In this document: piece by piece, positions 9,689 to 18,671 of the stretch
How positions within the stretch are numbered: position 1 is the stretch's first letter
Layout: each line of letters opens with the position of its first letter
Source of the DNA: an uncultured Poribacteria bacterium
GTDB taxonomy: Bacteria; Poribacteria; WGA-4E; WGA-3G
DNA length: 64,000 bases
Assembly (NCBI GenBank): GCA_958296135.2
Contig: CATQHZ020000001.1
Span: 4,736,001-4,800,000 of the forward strand
Direction of reading: 5' to 3'
Position numbers and translations under genes: made by a program
Notes under the pieces: generated by a model
Seen by the model: only the letters and a program-made list of their open reading frames with translations
The model's database searches: none
Told to the model about the DNA's origin: nothing

Positions 9689-10690
9689 ATGACCCGTTTA
9701 AGTTTGATGTTAATGTTAGTTGCGTGTGTAGGCATGCTTGCCGGCATTGCCTTCGCGCAAGACGCAGATGTCGCAGCAAGCGGCGGCACAGTCCGCGGTC
9801 AGATTGTTGATACAACGACAGCGCAAAACCCAATCGAGGGTGTGCAAGTGAAGATTGTCTCCGCCGCCGGCGAATACGACGCAGTCACCGACGTGAATGG
9901 CGACTACGAACGCTCCGGCATCCCCGCTGGCCGTTACCTGGTTAGTATCTATCGGGAAGGCTACGGCGACCGGACAGGTAAACCCGTTACCGTCGTTAAC
10001 GGCGGCGACCACTTCGTCCCGCTGAAAATGACTAAGAAGGACAATATTGTCACCTTCTTCCAGAAATTCGGATTCGTTTTCTGGCCACTGGCACTCTGCT
10101 CCATCACGGCGTTAACCTTCATTATTGAAAGGCTTTTCACGTTCGTGCGGAGCCGTTCGCGTATCGGAACAGAACAGTTCATCGCGAGCATCGCCGACTC
10201 CCTGCGGAAAGAGAATATTATGGAAGCCGTCTCCACTTGTGAAGAAGCAGGCGGCCCGCTCGCGAACGTCCTCAAAGCCGGATTGCTCCGCTACAGCCAA
10301 TCCCAGATTGAGGAACGCGATATTTCCAAGGAGGAAATTCAGGAAGCGATTGAGGAAGCCAGTCTCCTCGAAATTCCCGAACTGGAAAGAAACCTGCCGG
10401 TGCTTGGCACGGTCGCGGTTGTCTCTCCCCTGTTTGGCCTGCTCGGGACAGTGACAGGTATGATTAGTGCATTTACGACGATTGCACTGGAAGGCACCGG
10501 TGACCCGCAGCAACTCGCAGGCGGTATCTCACAGGCACTCCTGACAACGGCTGGCGGCCTGACAATCGCTATCCCGTGCCTGATTTTCTTCCAGTTGTTC
10601 GATAGCTGGGTGAATCGGCACATGGTGGAAATCTCCCAGGTCTCCACTGAGATTATCAACCAGCTGGTTGTGAGTGAGACTAACGCTTAG
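9689..10690 (+). CDS. exbB: MotA/TolQ/ExbB proton-channel protein with N-terminal carboxypeptidase-regulatory-like (Ig) domain
   Basis: 'SPLFGLLGTVTGMISAF' and 'GGISQALLTTAGGLTIAIP' ExbB/TolQ motifs; signal peptide plus 'GTVRGQIVD...PIEGVQV...TDVNGDY...GRY'. Confidence 0.9.
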   Translation: MTRLSLMLMLVACVGMLAGIAFAQDADVAASGGTVRGQIVDTTTAQNPIEGVQVKIVSAAGEYDAVTDVNGDYERSGIPAGRYLVSIYREGYGDRTGKPVTVVNGGDHFVPLKMTKKDNIVTFFQKFGFVFWPLALCSITALTFIIERLFTFVRSRSRIGTEQFIASIADSLRKENIMEAVSTCEEAGGPLANVLKAGLLRYSQSQIEERDISKEEIQEAIEEASLLEIPELERNLPVLGTVAVVSPLFGLLGTVTGMISAFTTIALEGTGDPQQLAGGISQALLTTAGGLTIAIPCLIFFQLFDSWVNRHMVEISQVSTEIINQLVVSETNA

Positions 10691-10756
10691 GCACTAGCAA
10701 TCGGTGGGCGCGCGGTGGCCGCGCGCCCACAGGTTAAGACAGAGGAGGACTCTGAC

Positions 10757-11206
10757 ATGCAACAACTCGCCGAAGGCAAATTGAACCTGGTTGCCGCCAG
10801 AATCAGGGAACGCAAAGCACCAACGCTCAGTATGGCCCCGATGATTGATTGCGTCTTCCTGCTCCTGATCTTCTTCATGGTATCGACGACGTTCTCACCG
10901 ATTCCGGGCCTCCGGGTGCAGCTCCCACCGCCAGGGAAACCCTCTCCGGACAAACCGAAGGGGTTAACGGTCCGCATCGCGAACCCAGACCCTGGCCAAG
11001 ACAGTGGCACCATGGTCCTGAACGACGAAGTCGTGCAGATTGATGAAATGTTTACCCGTTTCATCAACGCACCGGAGGAAGCAACCAGCATGCTTATCAT
11101 CCAATCCGAACGCGATGTGCTCCACGAGCAAATTGTGCAGGTGATGGATATTGCCAAGCAGGCAGGTATTGACAAAATCGGGTTCGCGATTGTCGCCAGA
11201 GACTGA
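10757..11206 (+). CDS. exbD: ExbD/TolR biopolymer transport protein
   Basis: 'APMIDCVFLLLIFFMV' with conserved Asp; 'VMDIAKQAGIDKIGF'; RBS GAGGAGG. Confidence 0.9.
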   Translation: MQQLAEGKLNLVAARIRERKAPTLSMAPMIDCVFLLLIFFMVSTTFSPIPGLRVQLPPPGKPSPDKPKGLTVRIANPDPGQDSGTMVLNDEVVQIDEMFTRFINAPEEATSMLIIQSERDVLHEQIVQVMDIAKQAGIDKIGFAIVARD

Positions 11207-11385
11207 CGCACGTCCCTTGGTGGCACTAGCAACCGCAAGAAAAGGCAGTGCTATTTCGTTCACAGCCGCTGTATCTGAGTGCGCCTAATCGCAAAAAAGT
11301 CAAGACCCGGCGAACTCATCTGGTTTCCCTACGCGGGGACGGTGGTATCTAACGAAATAGCCCTGAAAAAAAAAGGAGAATTCAG

Positions 11386-11808
11386 ATGGCTCTCAACATG
11401 TCCCGAAGACGGAAGAAAAGCGACGACGATGACATTCCGATGGCACCGATGATCGATTGCGTATTTCTGCTGTTGATCTTCTTCATGGTGTCCGCTATCA
11501 TGCGGGTTCCACCGCCTTTCACCGTCACACTCCCCGACTCCGCGACGCGGCATGAATTCACCCGCAAAAAGTTTAACCTCTTTATCAGCAGTGACGGCCG
11601 TATCTCCATCGATGACCAGGAGATGCTAACACTGGACGACATGGAGCTGTTCATCGCCTCCCATGAAAACCAGATTACCACGCTTATCATCAAAGCAGAT
11701 AAGCGCGCGAAGCACGGCGTTGTCATTGACGTGGTGGAACGAGCGAAGATGCGCTCCAGTAAAACGGAGGGACTCGAAATCGCTTTCGCGGTGTCGGAAG
11801 ACGAGTAA
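11386..11808 (+). CDS. exbD: ExbD/TolR biopolymer transport protein (second copy)
   Basis: 'APMIDCVFLLLIFFMV', 'IIKADKRAKHGVV'. Confidence 0.9.
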   Translation: MALNMSRRRKKSDDDDIPMAPMIDCVFLLLIFFMVSAIMRVPPPFTVTLPDSATRHEFTRKKFNLFISSDGRISIDDQEMLTLDDMELFIASHENQITTLIIKADKRAKHGVVIDVVERAKMRSSKTEGLEIAFAVSEDE

Positions 11809-11908
11809 TACGGAATTCACCGCTGTAGTTCAGCGGAATTTCGTATAATACCAAATGAGTTTGATGCGTCTCGCGGAAGTTCATTTGGTATAAATCGCAA
11901 TTCGGCGC

Positions 11909-11939
11909 AAAAAAGGCAGCAGCGGCTGCCTTTTTTTTT
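11909..11939. terminator. Bidirectional rho-independent terminator between exbD and gltB
   Basis: AAAAAAGGCAGC-agcg-GCTGCC-T9. Confidence 0.85.
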
Positions 11940-12119
11940 GCCCCGATGCAATTCGCGGAACTTCTTAAGGACTTAGGTGTTGATAATAGGTAACGCAAGG
12001 ACATTTGGAGGTGTATTCAGCACACGACTTCTTGACGCTCTTGCGGCAAAAGCCGTAAGTTCCAAGCCCTTTTGACTCAATGCACCTCTGCAGCAGCGGG
12101 ACGTTTCCCCAAGACAAAA

Positions 12120-12197
12120 GGGCGAGGCCCCCCCAGGGCCTCGCCCTACAGAATATGTGCCTCGCCCTACGGAATATGTGCCTCGCCCTGCGGAATA
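12120..12197. repeat. REP hairpin with 21-bp tandem amplification of its CTAC end
   Basis: GGGCGAGGCCC...GGGCCTCGCCCTAC; unit GCCTCGCCCTAC(A/G)GAATATGT starts at 12138, 12159 and 12180 (partial). Confidence 0.8.
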
Positions 12198-12207
12198 AAT
12201 GAAACTC

Positions 12208-15200
12208 TCACCGTTGCCGCGTTTTCCGCGGCGTTCTTCTCCTTTGACGCCGGGCGGGAGCAGGGGGCGGCGGGGGCGGCGGTGTGACAACCCTCCGAAA
12301 ACGCGGCAAGAAAGCATCCCATTCAGAGAGGATCTCCTCGGCGCGGCAGCTGCCAGTCAACTCAGCATGCTGCCGGACGAGCCTGCGCAGGCACGCCACA
12401 TCAGCCTCAGCCGTGACTGCCGCTAATTGAATCAATTCCGGGTTGCATTTGGTTTGGAACCGTCGACTTTCGTCCAGCACATAGGCAGTGCCGCCTGTCA
12501 TCCCGGCACCGAAGTTGCGTCCCGTTTCGCCGAGAATCACGACAGTGCCCGCTGTCATATACTCGCAACCGTGGTCGCCGACACCTTCTACCACCGCAGT
12601 AGCACCGCTGTTTCGGACACAGAACCGTTCGCCGGCTCTTCCCGCGGCATAGAGTGTGCCGCCGGTCGCGCCGTATAGCACCGTGTTTCCGATGATAGTA
12701 TTTTCATGCGGACAGAACCGCGCCGTTTCAGAAGGTTTGATGACGATTTCACCGCCTGCCATGCCTTTACCGACATAGTCATTCGCCTCGCCTGCCAGCC
12801 GGAGTTGCATCCCCTTGCTACAAAATGCGCCGAAACTTTGTCCCGCGCTACCCTCAAAGGAACATTGAATCGTCCCATCGGGTAAGCCAGCGTCGCCGTA
12901 ACGCTTGGCAATGTTACCAGACAACTTCGCGCCTACCGTGCGGTGCGTATTCCGAATAGCGTAGGACAACCGGATCGGTGTCTTCTGTGCGATTGCTTCT
13001 TCCGCGTCCTGCAAGAGCTGGTCATCAAGCGGCGTATCCTCCCGGTCGTTCCGTTCCTGCGTGTGATAACGCGGTTTCGTGCCAGTTGCATCCGCAGGCG
13101 TAAGAATTTCGCCCAAGTCAAGCAGGGCCGCCTTCGGGTAATCGGAAAGATCGGTGCGTTCCAGCAATTCAGGGCGGCCGATGACATCGTTCAAGCAGCG
13201 ATAACCGAGATTCGCCAAGATGCCCCGTACTTCGTTCGCGACACCCATCATGAAGTTGACAACCATCTCCGGCGTGCCGGGATACTTCGCACGAAGCCCC
13301 GGGTCTTGCGTCGCGATGCCAACAGGACAAGTATTCAGGTGGCACTGACGCGCCATGACACAGCCAGTCGCGACCATCGCTATTGTTCCGAAGCCGTATT
13401 CTTCTGCCCCCAACATCGCCGCGACGACAATATCGCGCCCAGAACGCATGCCGCCATCCACCCGCAGCACGACACGCTCGCGCAAATCGTTTTCCACGAG
13501 AGAGCGTTGCGTCTCCGCGAGGCCGAGCTCCCATGGGGTGCCAGCATTCTTAATAGAACTGAGCGGCGATGCACCGGTGCCGCCCTCGTGCCCACTAATC
13601 TGAATCACATCGGCGTAGCCTTTCGCCACGCCTGACGCAATCGTGCCAACCAAAAACTCCGATACCAACTTTACGGCAATCTTCGCGCGCGGGTTCGCTT
13701 GCTTCAGATCATAGATGAGCTGCGCCAAGTCTTCAATGGAATAGATGTCGTGGTGCGGCGGCGGCGAAATCAACGGAACACCCGGCACCGAATGCCGAAT
13801 CTCGGCGATTTCTGCCGTCACTTTATGCCCCGGAATCTGTCCACCTTCACCGGGCTTTGAGCCCTGCGCCATCTTGATTTCCAACTCCTGCGCGGAGGCG
13901 AGATACGTCGGTGTCACGCCGAACCGCCCGGATGCCACCTGTTTCAAAGCACTCGAGGCCAGGTCACCGTTCAGTCTTCGTTTGTAGCGTCCACTGTCCT
14001 CGCCGCCTTCTCCACTCCCGGATTTCGCGCCGAGGCGGTTCATAGCGATAGCCAAGGTCTCGTGTGTTTCGCGGCTGAGCGCGCCGAAGGACATGCTCCC
14101 CGTCGTAAACCGGCGGACGATATCCGCAGCGGGCTCCACTTCTTCAAGTGGGATAGGCGTGCCGGGTTTGAAGGCCAGCAACTCGCGTAAACTAGACGGC
14201 TCTCCACTCTCAACGGCATTGACGTACTTCTCATAATCCGCCGCCTCCCCCGCTTTGACGAATCGGTGAAGCGACTTGAACACGGATGGGTTATAGGCGT
14301 GGAATTCGCCGTTCCGGCGGAAGCGGAAATAGCCAGCCTCTTCCAGCGAGTCACTGCCATCAGTTCCTGCAAAGGCTTTCGTGTGGAAATGGAGCGTCTC
14401 GGCAGCGATATGCTCAAATCCGATGCCATCCAAACGCGAGGTAGTGCCGGTAAAGCACCGCTCGATCACCGCTGCATTAATACCGAGTGCCTCGAAGATT
14501 TGGGCACCGCGATAACTTGACACGGTGGAGATGCCCATCTTCGCCATAATCTTCAGAATCCCTTTCTCAACGGCTTCCTGATAGTTTGCAACCGCTTCTT
14601 CAGCGGTGAGTCCGTTCAATTCTCCCTTCTCGGCGAGCTGCGCTATGGTAGAAAAGGCGAGATACGGATTGATGGCATTGGCACCGTAACCAATCAGGAC
14701 AGCAAAATGGTGTTCTTCCCTCGGGTCGCCCGCTTCGGCGATGAGGCTCGCTTGCATCCGCTTGCCTTCGCGAATGAGGTGATGATGCACTGCGCCGACA
14801 GCGAGTGCCATCGGAATCGGCGCAAACGCTGCACTGACTTCCTTATCACTCAGCACGAGGAGCGTCTTCCCGTCTTCAATCGCCGCCGAGGCACGCTGGC
14901 ATAGCACCTCTAGCGCGGCTTCCAATCCTTGTATGCCGGTGTCAACAGGGAAGTGGACAGGGAGCGTGGCCACCTGAAAGTCGGGCATCTGCTGCGCGCG
15001 CAACGCTGCCAACGCTGCATTTTTCAGCACGGGTGAGTCCAACCGGATCAGTTGTGCGTGTTGCGGCGTTTCGGTGAGCAGACCGCCGCGCCGGCCGAGG
15101 TAGGTTGTCAGCGACATCACCAACCGTTCCCGCAGTGAATCAATCGGCGGGTTCGTCACCTGTGCGAAGCGTTGCTTGAAATAGGTGTAGAGCATGCGCG

Positions 15201-16689
15201 GGTTGCGCGAAATAACGGCAGGCGGGGTATCGTCACCCATCGAACCTACCGATTCTTTCTTCTGCGCTATCATCGGTTTGATAAACCGCTCCACATCCTC
15301 GGTGGTGTAGCCGAACGCCTTTTGATAGTTCGCCAGTTGTTCGGGGACAGTAACGTGCCCCGAGGTCTCGCCCACAAACAGCTTCTTCAGCGGAGTGATG
15401 CCCTGCTGCACCCACTTGGCGTAAGGTTTCTGCGAGGCGACGCGCTGTTTGATCTCGGCATCTGTCAGCAGTTGGCCTTTGGCGGTATCAACCGCTATCA
15501 TCTGCCCAGGCCCCAAACGTCCCTTCTTCACGACGCAGCTATCGTCAAGTTCGATAATGCCCACCTCGGAGCCCATGACGACGGTGCCGTCTTCGGTAAC
15601 CTTATACCGCGCGGGCCGCAAGCCGTTCCTATCTAAACTCGCGCCGACGACGACACCGTCCGTGAAGGCGACAGCAGCCGGGCCGTCCCACGGCTCACTC
15701 ACGCAGGATAGGTATTCATAACACGCCTTCAACGTATCGGACATATCCGGCATCTGCTCATAAGCTTCCGGAATCAGACACATCATGGCATGGAGGATGT
15801 CCCGGCCGGAGTGCTGGAGGAGTTCCAGCACGTTATCCAGACTCATGGAATCACTGCCGTGGTGATTGATGATAGGCACAAGTCTGCGGATGTGTTCCTT
15901 CCAGAGGGGTGAACTCAGGTTTGCTTCGCGGGCGCGCATCCAGTTGCGATTTCCCATCAAGGTGTTAATCTCACCGTTGTGCGCGAGCATCCGGAAAGGT
16001 TGCGCCAGCATCCACGTCGAGGAGGTATTCGTGCTGTAGCGTTGATGGAAAACAGCCAACGAAGCCTCAAAGTCCGTGTCCTGCAGGTCCGGATAGAAGC
16101 GCGCGAGTTGCGGGGCGACGAGCAAGCCTTTGTAGACAATCGTGCGGTGCGAAAACGAGGCGACGTGAAACCCATCTATCTCGGCATGCTCCACCTCTTT
16201 ACAGATGAGATAGAGCCGCTGCTCGAACGCGTCGTCGGTGAGGTGTGCCGGTCTGCCGACGAAGACCTGGTGGATATCGGGCAGTGTCTCCAACGCTTTT
16301 TCGCCGATAGCGGTGACGTTGAGGGGAACTTTGCGCCATCCGAGGAGCGGGATGCCGTATTGCTGTAGTGTCTGTTCAATACGCGCGCGGGCGAGTTTCC
16401 GTGCGTGCCGGTCTGCGCCCGGCAGAAAAATCATTCCGACTCCCAAGTCGGCCATTGAATCGAGGTATCCTCCGAGTTTCTCCAGTTCTCTGCGAAATAG
16501 TTTCTGCGGGAGTTGTGTTAAGATTCCTGCGCCATCGCCGGTTTTGGCATCGGCGGCGACTGCACCGCGATGCGTCAGATTTGTCACCGCTTGTGTTGCC
16601 AATTTGATAATGTCGTGGTCCCGTCTTCCGGTGCAGTTCGCGACAAACCCAACGCCGCAGGCATCTTTTTCGGTTAAGTCTCTATACAT
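12208..16689 (-). CDS. gltB: Glutamate synthase large subunit
   Basis: 'EKDACGVGF' Ntn-GATase start, 'HQRYSTNT', 'IKMAQGSKPGEGGQIPG', 'CVMARQCHLNTCPVG' 3Fe-4S, GXGXG domain. Confidence 0.97.
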   Translation of the reverse strand: MYRDLTEKDACGVGFVANCTGRRDHDIIKLATQAVTNLTHRGAVAADAKTGDGAGILTQLPQKLFRRELEKLGGYLDSMADLGVGMIFLPGADRHARKLARARIEQTLQQYGIPLLGWRKVPLNVTAIGEKALETLPDIHQVFVGRPAHLTDDAFEQRLYLICKEVEHAEIDGFHVASFSHRTIVYKGLLVAPQLARFYPDLQDTDFEASLAVFHQRYSTNTSSTWMLAQPFRMLAHNGEINTLMGNRNWMRAREANLSSPLWKEHIRRLVPIINHHGSDSMSLDNVLELLQHSGRDILHAMMCLIPEAYEQMPDMSDTLKACYEYLSCVSEPWDGPAAVAFTDGVVVGASLDRNGLRPARYKVTEDGTVVMGSEVGIIELDDSCVVKKGRLGPGQMIAVDTAKGQLLTDAEIKQRVASQKPYAKWVQQGITPLKKLFVGETSGHVTVPEQLANYQKAFGYTTEDVERFIKPMIAQKKESVGSMGDDTPPAVISRNPRMLYTYFKQRFAQVTNPPIDSLRERLVMSLTTYLGRRGGLLTETPQHAQLIRLDSPVLKNAALAALRAQQMPDFQVATLPVHFPVDTGIQGLEAALEVLCQRASAAIEDGKTLLVLSDKEVSAAFAPIPMALAVGAVHHHLIREGKRMQASLIAEAGDPREEHHFAVLIGYGANAINPYLAFSTIAQLAEKGELNGLTAEEAVANYQEAVEKGILKIMAKMGISTVSSYRGAQIFEALGINAAVIERCFTGTTSRLDGIGFEHIAAETLHFHTKAFAGTDGSDSLEEAGYFRFRRNGEFHAYNPSVFKSLHRFVKAGEAADYEKYVNAVESGEPSSLRELLAFKPGTPIPLEEVEPAADIVRRFTTGSMSFGALSRETHETLAIAMNRLGAKSGSGEGGEDSGRYKRRLNGDLASSALKQVASGRFGVTPTYLASAQELEIKMAQGSKPGEGGQIPGHKVTAEIAEIRHSVPGVPLISPPPHHDIYSIEDLAQLIYDLKQANPRAKIAVKLVSEFLVGTIASGVAKGYADVIQISGHEGGTGASPLSSIKNAGTPWELGLAETQRSLVENDLRERVVLRVDGGMRSGRDIVVAAMLGAEEYGFGTIAMVATGCVMARQCHLNTCPVGIATQDPGLRAKYPGTPEMVVNFMMGVANEVRGILANLGYRCLNDVIGRPELLERTDLSDYPKAALLDLGEILTPADATGTKPRYHTQERNDREDTPLDDQLLQDAEEAIAQKTPIRLSYAIRNTHRTVGAKLSGNIAKRYGDAGLPDGTIQCSFEGSAGQSFGAFCSKGMQLRLAGEANDYVGKGMAGGEIVIKPSETARFCPHENTIIGNTVLYGATGGTLYAAGRAGERFCVRNSGATAVVEGVGDHGCEYMTAGTVVILGETGRNFGAGMTGGTAYVLDESRRFQTKCNPELIQLAAVTAEADVACLRRLVRQHAELTGSCRAEEILSEWDAFLPRFRRVVTPPPPPPPAPARRQRRRTPRKTRQR

Positions 16690-16757
16690 CTGTCAATTGA
16701 CTCTCCATCCTTTCTTCAAATTTTTAGTTATGTTTCGTCTCACAATGATGCTTAATA

Positions 16758-16786
16758 ATTATACCATAATTTTGCGCAAAAGTCAA
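16758..16786 (-). promoter_or_regulatory. sigma70 promoter of gltB
   Basis: Minus strand TTGACT-17-TATAAT with extended TG. Confidence 0.75.
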
Positions 16787-16879
16787 GAGAATTTCCGAGC
16801 CGTTTCTGCAAACGTAAGGGCGGATGGAGTCACAAGGCACACCTGTTTCGGAAACTAAAATCTGAATGCCGCTGCTACC

Positions 16880-18490
16880 TCAATACCCAACCGCACAACC
16901 GTCTCGCCTCGGGTCGGAGCCGGCGATGAGGGTGTTGCATTGCGGATGCACGAAAATCGCTTGCCCGCCGCCAAAAAAGGAACCTCCAGGAACGATGTGT
17001 TGCCCCCGCTGCGCCAACGCCGCCTGCACACTCATCGGCATGCCCGCCTCCAGCATGATGCGCGAGTCATCTAACACCCGAAACCGAGGTGCTTCCAGGG
17101 CAGTCTGGATATCCATGTTAAACTCGACGAGGTTGCACACCAATTGCAAATGCCCCTGCGTTTGCATCTGGCCGCCCATCACGCCGAAAGCGACTAACGG
17201 CACGCCATCTTGCGCAATCATGCCGGGGATGATGGTATGCAGCGTCCGTTTATGCGGCGCGATGCAGTTCGCAAGGTTCGCATCAAGCGAAAAGCCCGCA
17301 CCCCGGTTCTGCAACATAATACCGGTATCTCCGGCAACTAACCCGGAACCGAAGCCTGCAAAAAGGCTATTAATGAAGGACACCACGTTTCGCTCACTGT
17401 CCACCGCGCAGAGATAAACGGTATCACTCCCTATCGGCGGCGCGCCGGCAGTCGGTGCCACGTTTGCGCGTTCGGCTGAAATGCGCGCACGTTGCCGCGC
17501 CGTGTATTCATCGGAGAGGAGCCCATCAACAGGCACATCTACAAACCTCGGGTCTGTCACGTACTCATACAAATCGGCGAATCCCAATTTCATCGCCTCA
17601 ATGGCGTGGTGGAGATGTTCCGGGCTGTTGTGTCCCATTGCAGCGATGTCAAACCCTTCCACGATATTGAGCGCGAGGAGGGCAGCGATACCTTGTCCGT
17701 TCGGCGGAATTTCGTAGACATCGTAACCGCGGTAATTCGCGGAGATAGGTTCCACCCAATCCGAACCGTGGTCTGCAAAATCCTGCATCGTGAAGAGCCC
17801 GCCGTTTTCATCGGAGAACTTCACAATCTTCTCGGCAATCTCGCCGCGGTAGAAGGCATCTCTGCCGCCTTCCGCGATGAGGCGAAACGTGCGCGCGAGG
17901 TGCGGTATGCGAAAGATTTCGCCCGGGGCAGGCGCGCGTCCATCGTTAAGGTAGGTGCGCGCTGAATCGGGGCATCGCGATAACAGGCCCGCGCCCCCTT
18001 GCCATGCAAGCCCAATCTGTGGACTGACCGGAAATCCGTTTTCCGCGTAGTCAATCGCAGGCTGAAGCACCTCCGCCAACGTCATCGTCCCGCATGCATC
18101 CAGCAGCGTCGCCCATCCATCAATCGTGCCAGGCACCGTGACAGGATACATACTGCCGGTGGCAGGGATGCTAGTGAGCCCTTGCTGGGTAAAGAATTCA
18201 AGTTCGGCGGCGTAAGGCGCCCTGCCGCTTGCATTCAAGCCGCGGATGCGTCCTGCTCCCGGCTGATAAACCAGCATGAAGGCATCTCCGCCGATGCCTG
18301 TTGACATCGGTTCAACGACGTTGAGTATCGCGGCGGTAGCGACAGCAGCATCGATTGCGTTACCGCCCTCGCGCAAAATCTGCAGTCCGCCTTGTGCGGC
18401 GAGCGGCTGACTCGTCGCAACTGCGCCGTGTTCGCATATCACGGCTGAGCGTCCCGGCCCGAATCGGTTCGGATGATATCCATCAAACAC
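16880..18490 (-). CDS. ggt: Gamma-glutamyltransferase
   Basis: 'GGNAIDAAVA', 'GIGGDAF', autocleavage 'DTVYL', 'GVMGG', 'SDPRRDG'. Confidence 0.95.
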   Translation of the reverse strand: MFDGYHPNRFGPGRSAVICEHGAVATSQPLAAQGGLQILREGGNAIDAAVATAAILNVVEPMSTGIGGDAFMLVYQPGAGRIRGLNASGRAPYAAELEFFTQQGLTSIPATGSMYPVTVPGTIDGWATLLDACGTMTLAEVLQPAIDYAENGFPVSPQIGLAWQGGAGLLSRCPDSARTYLNDGRAPAPGEIFRIPHLARTFRLIAEGGRDAFYRGEIAEKIVKFSDENGGLFTMQDFADHGSDWVEPISANYRGYDVYEIPPNGQGIAALLALNIVEGFDIAAMGHNSPEHLHHAIEAMKLGFADLYEYVTDPRFVDVPVDGLLSDEYTARQRARISAERANVAPTAGAPPIGSDTVYLCAVDSERNVVSFINSLFAGFGSGLVAGDTGIMLQNRGAGFSLDANLANCIAPHKRTLHTIIPGMIAQDGVPLVAFGVMGGQMQTQGHLQLVCNLVEFNMDIQTALEAPRFRVLDDSRIMLEAGMPMSVQAALAQRGQHIVPGGSFFGGGQAIFVHPQCNTLIAGSDPRRDGCAVGY

Positions 18491-18522
18491 GCTGTTTCTC
18501 CTATTCCAATCTGTTTAGTATA

Positions 18523-18641
18523 AGTCTAACACAATCTGCTTTTTTTGTCAAATTTTCATGTTGATTTTCATCGGTGACATCGAAAACGGAAAACTAAATC
18601 GCTCTGGCGCGCTTGACATCTTCACCGCGATGCTATATAAT
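18523..18641. promoter_or_regulatory. Divergent sigma70 promoters of ggt and lpdA
   Basis: Minus TTGACA-17-TAGACT (18551-18523); plus TTGACA-17-TATAAT (18613-18641). Confidence 0.8.
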
Positions 18642-18671
18642 AAAACCTAACTTCACCAAACAGGAGCAACT

